Source of the DNA: Squalus acanthias
Taxonomy: Eukaryota
Direction: 5' to 3'
Assembly: GCA_030390025.1 (NCBI GenBank)
Contig: CM059432.1
Location: 47,866,001 to 47,930,000, forward strand
DNA: 64,000 nucleotides
How positions within the stretch are numbered: position 1 is the stretch's first letter; every line of letters begins with the position of its first letter. Below, one piece after another: positions 1-12,199 of the stretch. The notes under the pieces were generated by a model. It was not told the DNA's origin and ran no database searches. It saw only the letters and a program-made list of their open reading frames with translations. The translations under genes were made by a program, and so were the position numbers.

Positions 1-340
1 ATCAACTTCAACTCAAACTCATTGCTTCTTGGGACCTGAAAACTGTGGAACTCCTTATTTCCTTCAGTCTACCCTCCCTCATAAAAGCCATGATTTTAAA
101 ACTCAAGCTTGGATCATTTAATCACAACCTCTTGATTTACTTTGTCTTCTCTCATTCTCTTGTCATCCTTGGTGGTGTCCTGCACTATGGGATATACCCC
201 TTCAACTCGGAAGCTCTATGTATCTACCCCATCAAATCCGTTAATCATTTTCAATATCTCGATTAGATCACCCCTCAACCTTCTAAAATCAAGGGAATAC
301 AATCCAAGTTTATGCAACCTGTCCTCATATTTAACCCTTA
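1..340 (-). mobile_element. CR1 LINE 3' fragment
   Basis: Reverse strand reads like the CR1 ORF2 C-terminus (LHKLGLYSLDFRRLRGDLIEI), as in the other CR1 copies here. Confidence 0.8.
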
Positions 341-349
341 TAAGTGGAA

Positions 350-794
350 TGTTAGCATAGTGGTTATGTTACTGGACTAGTAATCCATGAGGCCTGGACT
401 AATGATCTGGAAACGTGAGTTCAAATCCCACCATGGCAGCTGGGCAATTAATTAAATAAATCTGGAATAAAAAGCTAGTAACAGTAATGGTGATCATGAA
501 ACTATTGGATTGTCGTAAAAAAAATCTGGTTCACTAATGTCCTTCAGGGAAGGAAATCTGCTGTCCTCACCTGGTCTGGCCTATATGTGACTCCAGACCC
601 ACAGCAATGTGGTTGACTCTTAACTACCCTCTGAAATGGCCTAGCAAGCCACTCAGTTGTATCAAAGTGCTAGGAAAACACCACATGGACTGCAGCGGTT
701 CAAGATGGCGGCTCACCACCACCTTCTGAAGGGCAATTAGGGATGGGCAATAAATGCTGGCCTTGCCAGCGACATCCACATCCCATGAATGAAT
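350..794 (+). mobile_element. tRNA-headed SINE; internally deleted form of the LINE at 3883-7005
   Basis: A-box TAGCATAGTGG, B-box GAGTTCAAATCC. Body matches the reverse complement of ~6715-7005; tail (GGGCAATTAGGGATGGGCAATAAATGCTGG) matches the LINE 3' end. Confidence 0.85.
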
Positions 795-1319
795 TTTTAA
801 AAATGGGAGCAGTGTTTTTACAGTAAGTATATGGGAGAATTTGCAGTTTAGAATTAGAAAACTTCATAATGTAATGTGTCAGAGATTCAAATCAAGTTTG
901 AATTATGCTACAAAACATGTTAATATTTCCCTTTATAGACTCACTTACAGTCATGAGGCACAGATCAATGTTCATGCGAGTTCATTCTGAATATATTTCC
1001 CCCCGTCAAAGGGAAAGCGTCGAGGTGAGGGCAAGGTGGGGAACAACGAGCCTTCAAGGGAAAGGGTTAACGTTTTTAAAATGCCATTCAAATGTGGTAT
1101 TTCTTTCAGAAGTACGGGCTCTCGTTTTACTGCCAACTTGCAAAATGATTGAAAATGTGTTGTAATTTTACTGATAAAACAATGGAAATCGTTGCTCAGC
1201 AAAACAAAAAAAAACTACTGGGGAAACACTAAAGTTATGACGTTGGGATAAACCTGTCGTTCCCCTCAAAACTAAGTTCGGAATGAATTCAGAATTGCTT
1301 GCCCACTGTGGCCAGTTAC

Positions 1320-1546
1320 CTTGCTGTTACTTTCGGATCAAACTTGGCTCTGTACTTGGCCACTTTGGTTCTCCTTGCTCCATCGGGGCAGCTCCCGTCG
1401 CTTTGCCCATTGCCCACTCCCTTGGATCCCGGTTTCAGCGGCCCCTCGTCGCACACCTTCGGCTTGCCCTTCACCACCGTCTTCACAAAATCCACGTAGC
1501 AGTTCCTCGGCGGCTCTGGCAGCACTTTACTCGTCCCGCAGCCCAT
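1320..1546 (-). CDS. PSKH2: First coding exon of a protein serine kinase H family gene (probably PSKH2); the rest of the gene lies left of the window
   Basis: ATG at 1546 gives MGCGTSKVLPEPP...RRTKVAKYRAKFDPKVTAR, matching the PSKH N-terminus (MGC acylation motif; VAKYRAKFDPxVTA just before the kinase domain). The exon ends at a phase-2 donor AG|GTAACT at 1320/1319. As I recall, an intron here is PSKH2-type, whereas PSKH1 has a long first coding exon. Family call is strong; paralogue call is moderate. Confidence 0.85.
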
Positions 1547-1830
1547 CACTCGGACATGCTGCAGTCAACGAGCTGCCTCTGGCCGGTGCAGACCCAGCTC
1601 GACTCAGCCTGTGATCGCACACTGCTGGTAAGGCAGCCACAGACTGGCACTCTGCATCATAGCGCTACTGCTCCCAAGCGACCCGAGAGGGAAAGAGCAG
1701 CCAGCGATCCTGCAGGTCCCTTCAACATTCCTTTAACATTCACCTGAACTGAAACCAATGCCGAGCCCGCCCGTAACACAGGAGTGGGTGTGTCGACTGA
1801 TCTGACTGCAGAGAGCCCGGTCGGGATTTT
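1547..1830 (-). promoter_or_regulatory. Putative 5'UTR/proximal promoter of the PSKH gene
   Basis: CpG-rich non-repetitive segment directly upstream of the ATG, with CCAAT (~1755) and a GC-box-like CCCGCCC (~1766). TSS not determinable. Confidence 0.5.
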
Positions 1831-2489
1831 TCCAACATATAAATTCCAGGATCTGATGCCACCTTTATGTCAACGTGTGGATCAACTCCATTGCCGAGCA
1901 GCACCAGACCATAATAATACCATTGTTTCCAGCATTTCCTGTTCTAATTTTAGATTTCCAGCATCTGCAGTATTTTGCTTTTATAATACCAGCAACAGGC
2001 ACCAATTACATTGGCACCGTAAACGGGACCAATTGATGACACTACCCACACCAACATCCCAACCTACACAAACTGACGCCTCACCCTATACAAATCAACA
2101 CTTACACCACAACCTCCACATCACTGGCTGGTATGCAGACTGCCACTTCAATGAGTCAGTTATTTTCAGATGAACCGCTTAATCGGGGTTAATTGCCAAG
2201 TCCACATAGGAAACAGAAAAACTTAATATTGATCACTGGGGCAGAAGGAGCTAATCATTTGTGATTGTTTGTCCCATCAGGGAAGTCTATTAGCCAGGCC
2301 CCCACAGGTTGGCTTTGTTCTTCAAGAGGGTTTGTGACTGGAAACAAGTTTCTTGAAGAATAACTTGATGTCTTTGAACCTGATGCGATTAGCGGCTGTA
2401 TTTAATTGTTAATGCTTTTTTATAATATCCCTTTGCCTCAGTTTAGATTTCAAAACAGAGAGTGAGTATTACTGTTACCAAATTCTAGG

Positions 2490-3875
2490 ATCCTTAGTGA
2501 ATTTCTGCGTTACCAAATAGTTGATGAGCTGGAGCTAGTGGAATCACTCTGTGAATAACCAGCATCACATATAAGCTGCTACTCACTGATTGGCGGGATG
2601 TAACAAGTGGTGTTCCCCAGGGATTTGTATTGAGGCCTTAACATTTCACCATATATATGTTAATGACTTTCATGAAGGAATAGAGAGTTGAATACATTAA
2701 GTAGGAGGCACAGTAAGTTGTGCGGATGGGAAGAGAAAGTTATAAAGGGACATAGACTAAGTGAGTGGGCAAACTATGGCAGATGGAGTTCAATGTGAGG
2801 AAGTGTGAGGTCATCTACTTTGTATCTAAGAGAGTCAAATTGTTTCTTTTCTAAATAGTGAGACAAGGAGCTGTGGAGGAGCAAAGGGAGTGAGGGCCTG
2901 GAGTTTCTGCTCAATTGTGCTACTTTTTCAGCGCAATTGCCTCGATATCATCATAACTGGTGCAAAAGATCGCAGAATTTTACGCGCAAATTGTGTTCAG
3001 CGCAACTCAAGTTTCCACGATCTTTTGCGCTAGTTTTAAAAACATTGCGCTAGAAGCAGGCCCCTCCCACAAAACTGCCAACGTCCCCCAGAGTGAATTA
3101 ATCACCATTGCAAGTTTCTGCTAATTGCGCTTGTTTGCAGGCCTTTGAGGAGGCTCCAAAAATGAAGCTGGATCGTTTGGGTGTAAGGACACTAATAGGT
3201 ACGTTTTGAAAGCTTTTGAATGAATTAAAAAAAATACTAAGGAACTGACTACTGTACCCCAATCTAACTGGAAAATAGTTTTGTATATTTTTTTAAAGTC
3301 ATTTTCAGTAATTTAAAATCGGGTTACTCACAGGTGGTGGGTGGATTGACACTGATTTAAATGCTTATTTTTTGTGATAAACTCATTTTCAGCTGTAATA
3401 ATAAAAATTTACCAAGTTAATACTCTTAAATATATCAAGGAATATTTTTTAAAGCATTTTTTTAAATTACGTTTTAAAACACTGCCCGATTCCGCTGGTT
3501 CATGGCAGATTTTGCATTTGGGGATATGCAAATGAGTTTGAGCAGAAACTCAGTGGCAAAAAAAGTTTTCAAGATGAGCGTAATTTTGGGTGCAATTTTC
3601 ACCAGAATCGCTGATTGTGCCCAAAGCGGAAACTGTGTCTATGTACAAAAATTACTAAAAGCTAGTGCACATGTACAAAAATTAATCAAACAGGCTAATG
3701 GCCTTTATCTCAAGTGGACTGGAATTCAAAAGTGAGGAAATGATGCATCAGTTGTACAGAGCCTTGGATAGACCCCATCTGGAGTACTGTGTTCAGTTTT
3801 GGGCACAGAACCTCAGGAAGGATATATTGGCCTTGAAGGGGTACAGCCCAGATTCACTAGAATGATACCAGGACT
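2490..3875 (+). mobile_element. Degenerate CR1 RT fragment split by a DNA-transposon insertion
   Basis: SGVPQG, EWAKLWQMEFNV and RPHLEYCVQFW-like coding remnants on both sides of 2895-3641. Confidence 0.8.
2895..3641. mobile_element. Non-autonomous Harbinger-like element (~745 bp)
   Basis: Interrupts the CR1. Weak TIR (GAGTTTCTGC / GCGGAAACTG), GC-rich arms with repeated GCGCAA/TGCGCTA motifs, AT-rich core. Confidence 0.6.
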
Positions 3876-3882
3876 TTTTAAA

Positions 3883-6800
3883 AATTCGTTCCTGTGTTGT
3901 GAACGTCGCTGGCAATGCCAGCATTTATTGCCCATCCCTAATTGCCCTTGAGAAGGCGGTGGTGAGCCGCTGCCTTGAACCACTGCAGTCTGAGAGGTGA
4001 AGGTACTCCCACAGTACTGTTAGGCTGGGAGTTCCAGTATTTTGACCCAGGGATGATGAAGGAACGGCGATATATTTCCAAGTCAGGATGGTGTGTAACT
4101 TGGAAGGGAACTTGGAGGTGGTGGTGTTCCATGCGCCTGCTGCCCTTGTCCTTCTAGGTGGTAGAGGTCGCAGGTTTGGGAGGTGCGGTCGAAGAAGCCT
4201 TGGCAAATTGCTGCAGTGCATCTTGTAGATGGTACACACTGCAGCCATGGTGCACTGGTGGTGGAGAGAGTGAATGTTTGAGGTGGTGGATGGGGTGCCA
4301 ATCAAGCGGGCTGCTTTGTCCTGGATGGTGTCGAGCTTCTTGAGTGTTGTTGGAGCTGCACTCATCCAGGCAAGTGGTTGGTATTCCATCTCACTCCTGA
4401 CTTGTGCCTTGTAGATGGTGAAAAGGCTTTGGGAGTCAGGAGGTGAGACACTCACCGTAGAATACTCAGCCTCTGACCTGCTCTTGGAGCCACAGTATTT
4501 ATGTGGCTTGTCCAGTTAAGTTTCTGGTCAATGGTGAACCCCAGAATGTTGATGGTGGGGGATTTGGCGAAGGTAATGCTGTTGAATGTCAAGGGGTGAT
4601 GGTTAGACTCTCTCTTGTAGGAGATAGTCATTGCCTGGCACATATATTACTTGCCACTTATCAGCCCAAGCCTGAATGTTGTCCAGGTCTTGCTGCATGC
4701 GGGCATGGATGACTTTATTATCTGGGGAGTTGCGAATGGAACTGAACACTGTGCAATCATCAGTGAACATCCCCACTTCTGAATTTATGATGGAGGGAAG
4801 GTCATTGATGAAGCAGCTGAAGATGGTTGGGCCTAGGACACTGCCCTGAGGAACTCCTGCAGCAATGTCAAGGGGCTGAGATGATAGGCCTCCAACAACC
4901 ACAACCATCTTCCATTGTGCTAGGTATGACTCCAACCAGCAGAGATTTTTCCCTCTGATTCCCACTGACTTCAATTTTACTAGGGCTCCTTGATGCCACA
5001 CTCAGTCAAATGCTGCCTTGATGTCAAGGGCTGTCACTCTCACCTCACCTCTGGAATTCAGCTCTTTTGCCCATGATTGGACCATGGCTGTAATGAGGTC
5101 TGGAGCCGAGTGGTCCTGTTGGATCCCAATCTGAGCATCGGTGAGCAGGATATTGGGGAGTAAGTGCCACTTGATAGCACTGTCAATGATACCTTCCATC
5201 ACTTTGCTGATAATTGAGAGTGGACTGTTGGGGCGGTAATTGGCTGGATTGGATTTGTCCTGCTTTTTGTGGGCAGGACATACCTAGGCAGTTTTTCACA
5301 TTGTCAGGTAGATGCCATTGTTGTAGCTGTACTGGAACATCTTGGCTGGAGGTGTAGCTAGTTCTGGAGCACAAGTCTTTAGCTCGACAGCCGGGATGTT
5401 GCCGGGGCCCATAGCCTTTGCTGTATCCAGTGAGGTCAGCCATTTCTTGATATCACGTGGAGTGAATCGAATTGGCTATAGACTGGCTTCTGCGATGGTG
5501 GGGACCTCAGGAGGAGGCCGAGATGGATCATCCACTCGGCACTTCTGGCTGAAGATGGTTGCAAACGCTTCAGCCTTGTCTTTTGCATTCGCGTGCTGGG
5601 CTCCACCATCATTGAGGATGGGGATGAACATGGAGTCTCCTCCTCCCTTTAGTTGTCCACCACTATTCACAACTGGATATGGCATGACTGCAGAGCTTTG
5701 ATTTGATCCATTGGTTGTGGGATCACTTACCTCTGTCTATAACATGCATGTAGTCCTGTGTTGCAGCTTCCCCAGATTGGCACCTCATGTTTATGTACGC
5801 CTGGTGCTGAATCTTCTACACTCCTCATTGAACCAGGGTTGGTCCCCTGGCTTGATGGTCATGGTAGAGTGAAGGATAGACTGGACCATGAGGTTACAGA
5901 TTGTGGTGGAATACAATTCTGCTGCTGCTGATGTCCCACAACGCCTCATGGATGCCCATTTTTGAGCTGCTAGATCTGTTCTGAATCTATCCCATTTAGC
6001 ACGGTAGTAGTGCCACACAACATGATGGAGGGTGTCAAGACGGGACTTCGCCTCCACAAGGGACTGTGCAATGGTCAGTCCTACCAATACTTTCATGGAC
6101 AGATGCATCTGCGACAGGAATATTGGTGAGTCAAGTAGGTTTTTCCCCTCATGTTGGTTCTCTCACCACCTGCCACAGGCCCTGTCTGGCAGCTATGTCC
6201 TTCAGGACTCAGCCAGTAGTGGTGCTACTGAGTCACTCTTGGTAATGGACAATGAAGTCCCCCACCCAGAGTACATTCTGTGCCCTTGCTACCCTCGATG
6301 CTTTTTCCAAGTAGTGATCAACATGGAGGAGTACTGATTCATCATCTGAGGGAGGGTAGGTGGTAATCAGCAGGAAATTTCCTTGCCCATATGCTTGACC
6401 TGAAGCCATGAGACTTCATGGGGTCCAGAGCCAATGTTGAGTACACTCCCTTCCCAACTGTACTGCCATTTCTGCATCGGTGGGACAAGACATAACATAA
6501 CATGGGGTCATGAAGGAGCCTGGGACATTGGCTGAAAGGTATGATTCTGTGAGTGTGACTATGTTAGGCATTCCCAATTTTGGCACAAGTCCCCAGATGT
6601 TAGTGAGGAGGACTTTGCAGGGTTGACTGGGCTAGGGGTGCTTTTTTCATGTCCAAAGCCATTGCCTAGGTCAATGCCAGGTGGTCCGTCGGTTTTATTC
6701 TTATTATTGCTTTTCATAGCGGCTAGGCCTTTAAGAGTGAACCACGTTGCTGTGGGTCTGGAGTCACATATTGGCCAGAGCAAGTAAGGATGGTAGATTT

Positions 6801-7005
6801 CCTTCCCTAAAGGAGAACCAGATGGGTTTTTACAACAATCCGGTAGTTTCATGGTCACTAGCTACTAGTTTTTTTATCCCAAATTTAATTAACTGAATTG
6901 AAATTCCCCAGCTGCTGTGGTGGGATTTGAACTCATGTCTCCAGATTATTAGTCCAGGCTTCTAGATTACTAGTGCCACTAATATAACCACTATGCTACC
7001 ATACC
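3883..7005 (-). mobile_element. Near full-length degenerate CR1/L2-group LINE (APE + RT) with a tRNA-like 5' head and no recognisable ORF1
   Basis: Frameshifted ORF2 pieces: NIWGLVPK (APE start, ~6600), PWFNEEC, ALDIKAAFD, GVPQGSVLGP, MFTDD. 3' tail at ~3885-3960; SINE-like head at ~6715-7005. Confidence 0.9.
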
Positions 7006-7686
7006 CTTGTTAAATTACAGATCAGCCATGATGGAGGTCTGATGAAGTCTTTCTTTCTTTCATCCATCTAGTTGGGCTGTTGCTGATTTAAAATGAGTAG
7101 TAGGAGTTGGGAGCAACAGCTGACAGCAATAAAAACAACAAATTCTTGAAATACACAGCAGGTATGTTAGACTATCTTTTTTTACAGATCCTAACATATT
7201 TGTTGGAGACACTTCTATCAATTTTGATGAAGGGTATATACCCAAATATTAACCTATACAAAGAAAGGTCAAACCTGAATTTATATAGGAATGGGAGGAG
7301 GCCATTCAGCCCATCAAACCAGTTCCATCATTCAATGAGATCATGGCTGATCTGTAACTCAACCCCATTTACCTGCCTTTGCTTCCCAGAAGCCACTATT
7401 TGAAACAGTTAAGGCAGTTTTTTTTTTTTTTACAACATCAAAACAAAGGCAAACCTTTTTCTGAAGTAACTTTGAAAACCAAAACAATGCTTAATATATA
7501 CAAGGGGAAACCTGAACTATACAATACAGCAATACAATGGCAGGAACCAACTTAAATTGTGATTTATCACATCTCAGCAGCACTGAAAGGGAGATCCAGG
7601 TGTGGCATTGAAAGGGAGAGCGAAGAGCAGGCCTGAGGGAAGGGAGCTGGAGTGGTGCTGATCTTCATCTGTGAGTGCGGACACAC

Positions 7687-8441
7687 GGCCCGTATTTTCC
7701 AATCCCTACAGGTGTGTACGAGCTGTGTACACACCCGTAGGGACCTCGCAAATGCCGGTTTCAGGCATGCGAAGCGCATGCGCTGAAAATCGGCATTTCC
7801 AATCTGTCAAGAATGCTCTTGACAGATCGGACGCCTGCCTTAGAGAAGGGCCTCCGCGGGTGGAGAGTTCCACTTTTTGCAGAACCTCCGCCCGCTGAAA
7901 TCCCTTAAAAATCTTACGCCTGGTAAAAGCAGGCATAAGGCCTACTTTTACCAGCATAAGAGTTTAAGAAAGTAAAAAAAAAAATTTTTCACTCATTTAT
8001 AATTTAAAAATACTTTTAAAAAAGGTAAGTTTATTTTTAGCCCCGTAAAAAACTTTAATTATTTTTTTCAAAAAATAATTTAAAAAAAAATATTTAATTT
8101 AATGTAATTTTAAGTCATTTTAAAAAGGTGATTTAAAAAAAAAATTATTTAATGTTTTAGTGTCTTTTTTCAGTGATCTCCATTCATACTTTTGACAGGT
8201 CTATCTGTCAAAAGTATGAAGGGAGATTCCCTTCTCCCATTGGCTCCCCCTGGCCCACATGATCCCAGGGACACTTGCGAACCGCATGCACCCGTGGGAT
8301 ACCTCGGCCTTGTGCATTTCGTTGTGGAGAGGCCCAGGATCGGAAATGGCCGGACCTCAGGAGCCCTCAGGTAAGGGCGTAGATTTTTTCCCGATAGGAG
8401 GCATCCGCACACAGGAAGCCTCCTATCGGAAATTATGGGCT
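7687..8441 (+). mobile_element. Hairpin-rich non-autonomous Harbinger-type element, family X copy 1 (755 bp)
   Basis: TIRs GGCCCGTATTTTCC / GGAAATTATGGGCT; close reverse-complement match to 49435-50174. Confidence 0.9.
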
Positions 8442-8689
8442 GTGAACACTGATCTGAAAATGCTGATGTCCAAGTGAAATGCAGATGGTTAGCAAGCTCT
8501 CTCCCACCACTAGCCTCCAACCTCTCCCTCTGTTGCAACCTTTGTTTCTATTTTATCTATACTATTACGGTCAGTGCTCCTTTGAATGTTTCTTTCTTCT
8601 TGCTAAACCATCCTACATGCTTTGCCTCCTTCAGGCATCTTTATTGTGCTGAAATGAAGACCCATTATACATTCTCCTATTCCAAATAG

Positions 8690-8985
8690 ATGTGGATCAG
8701 TTGGTAGCACTCTCACTTCTGAGTCAGAAGGTTGTGGGTTCAAGTCCAACTCCAGAGACTTAAGCACAAAAATCTCCAGTGCAGTACTGAGGCAGTGTTG
8801 CACTGTCAAAGGTGCCGTCTTTCAGATGAGACGTTAAACAGTGGGATCTTGCTGTGCACAAATTGGCTGCCGCATTTCCTACATTACCACAGTGACTACA
8901 CTTCAAAAGTACTTGGCAGTAAAGCGCTGTGGGACATCCTGAGGTTGTGAAAGGTGCCATATAAATGCAAGTCTTTCATTCTTTC
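8690..8985 (+). mobile_element. DeuSINE-like tRNA SINE with L2-type tail (internally deleted)
   Basis: Head and tail match the full copy at 47880-48322. Confidence 0.85.
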
Positions 8986-9236
8986 TAAGGACTTTGAACC
9001 TATGTACCTCCCTCATTCTTTCATTCCTTCTAGAATCTTTTGACTTTTAAAACCCATGGTCAGCATCACCTAAGGGTATATTTCCCTCTGTGTAAAGTTA
9101 AAGAAAAATTATCTTACTAAACTGTCATTGTAAACCAATCACAAATTCTATTACCGGATTTGGCTCATTGCCTCCTTTAATCTTTTCAACCATGATAGTG
9201 TCTTGCACTGTGCACCTTGGTCCTTCCTTCACCTTG

Positions 9237-9957
9237 GGGGTGATTTTGCCAATGGGGAGCTTTTGGAGGCGGGACTCCCACTTGTCAGGTTTCAGTCCCG
9301 CCTCCAACAACTTCTGGCCAACCCATGCTATTTTCCCTTGATTGCTCTGTGAAGCTGTCAAACAGTGACATTCTCTGTAGTTTGATGAGGTCTTGAATTC
9401 AAGACCTTATCAAACATCTTTCTTTTGCAGAAATGAGATGGTTGTTGCATTGGAGAATGCAACGGCCATCTCTCATCTCCAACGCGGAGGCGCGAGACTC
9501 TCCGCATACCCACCGACTGAAGCCTGCAGGAAGAAACAAAGGTAAGTACACTTTTACTAACACTTTACACTTACCTCAGATATTCACCTCTCCACAACTT
9601 GCACCCATCACTTACCTTCACACCACACTTTTGCACCCCCCCCGACCCCCGCAGACCCAGTACTCGCCTCGCTGACCTGGCGGGTTTCGGAGCCTTCAGG
9701 AAGCCCGCACTTGTGAGGGCAAAAAGGGGATAATCCTATTTTCTGCCTGTTAACTACCTGTTAACAGGCAGTTAATAGGCTTTAATTCCTTTCTGCCTCC
9801 TAGGAGACGGGACCCGGCGCGGGATGGCTGCCCGCTTCCTGGGAAGATGGCATGGAGGTGGGTTGGGGCGGGTTGGGCACCCACCCCCAAATTCTGCCAT
9901 TTTTCCGGCAGTTCCGCCTCCGTACCCACCTCCCCAGGGCTGGCAAGATCGTACCCC
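9237..9957. mobile_element. Harbinger internal-deletion derivative (721 bp)
   Basis: TIR GGGGTGATTTTGCCA / TGGCAAGATCGTACCCC and TTG TSD on both sides. The minus strand at ~9465-9530 resembles Myb exon 2 of the copy at ~51100. Confidence 0.7.
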
Positions 9958-11699
9958 TTGTTTTCTCAATCTTTGAAAAATCACTAGCAGTACCTATGTG
10001 TTCATTGTTACATTTTGTAGTTGCTTTTCAACGAATTTCATCTTTGTCTTACATTTTATGACCTTAGGGCTGCAAATTAAGGACCCTCAATTGCCATGGG
10101 CTTTGCAGATCCCAAGAAAGTTTGCAATTGAATAAGTTCAATTATTTTGAAATTCAGAAGATTTGCTTGCTTGAACTTTCAACAATTTAAATAGGGGGCT
10201 GTTGTCACCCAGTGGCCAACTTTAAAAGTTCAGGTAAACATCAGAATTAAAGCGGCCGACAAACCCAAACTTAGAAAACTCGATTGGACCAAGTTAAATT
10301 AAGTTTTGTCTGATTTGGTTTTGCATTGTGAGCAGTGCAGTCATAGGAAAAATCTAATGAAAATGGTGCTAAATGATTACATGAGGTGGAGATATGACAC
10401 GTACACCATCAAGAAAGAAATCTTCTGGTTGTTATATTAGAAATCTTCATATTTAACCATGTTGCTACACATCACCAAAGGAATTCTTCACTCCCCTGTG
10501 TGTGATCTTTGTCATTACTTGGAGAGAGAGAGTATATATTTCAAAGTTAAAAAAATGTACAGTACAAAAAGGCTTTGGTCAGTATTTGTACACTGTAACA
10601 ACATTGGGTATATTTATCCAGACTTGTGTCTTGTACTTTTAAGTTTGAATGGAAATTAATGTTTGGGATAGGAACAGACACATTGCATTGTAGACGTAAT
10701 ACGGAATGTGGCTGACTATGTGGGACAGGACAAGGGGTGGTACTGAATTCTGTTTCTATTCTACTCAGTTGTTTGCTTTTTAAAAAATAATTGATGTTTT
10801 ATTTTACATAAATTACTATGCTGTGTTTATGTTCCATATTGTATGTCTGTGTTGGTCATCTGGGCTTTTCCTTGCGTTATGTCTGGGTCTGTTGTAGACT
10901 AAATGATAGAGAATGATTGCCAGGATTAGTCAACAACTCCATTATCATTGTGTCATGTGACTACAGGGATGGTAGAAGGACCTTGGTCCTTTTGCGTCCA
11001 GCAATTCCTATGTTCCTAACTCATTACTGCCTACCCGTTTCTCCATCACATTACTTACTGGGCTGAGAACATAACTATTGTGAAAAATGCTTTAAAAATT
11101 GCCCTGTACTGCAACCCTCTCTCACCATGAGTTCTTTAATACTTTGTATGCAGTGATTTTTCCTTTTATTCCCTTTATGCTCATTTCTGTGCTGTTTCCA
11201 AATGTGTATTTTCATCTTATTGTCTTTATAATATCACTTCATACATTTATGAATCAACTTCCTTTCCTATTTGCTTAAAACAGTTAACAGTTAATTGTTT
11301 CTTTTCTATCGTTAATTTAATCATTTAGGTCTTGGCTGCTGCTATATATATATTTTATAAATCTGATTTTCACTCTCTCTCTAGAAAATCCTATAGTTAT
11401 TCAATTTTTCATCAGTGCTTCTTCACCCCCGCCGCCCCAACCCCCGCCGTACCTCAGTTTCATTTTCTAATTTATCCTCAGTTCTTCCTCATTACCTGAA
11501 CATTCAGCTTCCCTGAACACTTGTTCTCATTTCATTTATTTTTTCTCCAGCTGGAATAAACCATACTGAATCTAAGGACGTTCTGATCACTGTGTTCAAG
11601 GATATCCCATCTTCTAAATTTTCCAGCATTTCAGGCTCTCAATTAAACACCAGATAAGTGTGGCCTCTTCCCTTCTTCCCCTTTAGCAGCTCCCTCCAC

Positions 11700-11880
11700 A
11701 AACTGATTATCTGGTCATTATCACATTGCCGTTTGTGGGAGCTTGCTGTGCACAAATTGGCTGCCATGTTTCCTACATTACAGCAGCGACGACACTTCAA
11801 AAGTACTTTATTGGCTGTAAAGCGTTTTGGGACGTCCTGAGGTCGTGAAAGGTGCTATATAAATGCAAATCTTTCTTTTC
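11700..11880 (+). mobile_element. DeuSINE-like 3' fragment
   Basis: Matches the 3' half of 47880-48322. Confidence 0.8.
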
Positions 11881-12199
11881 TTTTATGAATTTAGCTTTAT
11901 CTCTTCAAGGCACTCCTTATTTTCCAATTGCCCATTTTTTAACACACTCTTTATTCGTTCAAATGTCTGCTTGATTCCTTTTGCTCCTGTAGCTTATGAC
12001 AAGGCACCTTGGTGTCACACTTTAGAATCCAAGTTGTCTCAGACCTGCACATACTTTTCTTCACTTGAGGTTGTAGAATTGTGCAGTTTGAATTCAAAAT
12101 CTGAATTGATCTAAATTATTTTTGATATTGCTTTACCATTTTAAAATGCTGTGTTGCACAGATAGTGCTATCAGAAAGAAGGCTACCAATATGTACCAT

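Noticed and set aside
1283..1747. 154-aa plus-strand ORF
   Set aside because: Antisense to the PSKH exon in GC-rich DNA; no recognisable domain.
7671..8538. Similar short ORFs recurring in family X copies
   Set aside because: Starts, lengths and frames are not conserved between copies; explained by GC-rich repeat arms.
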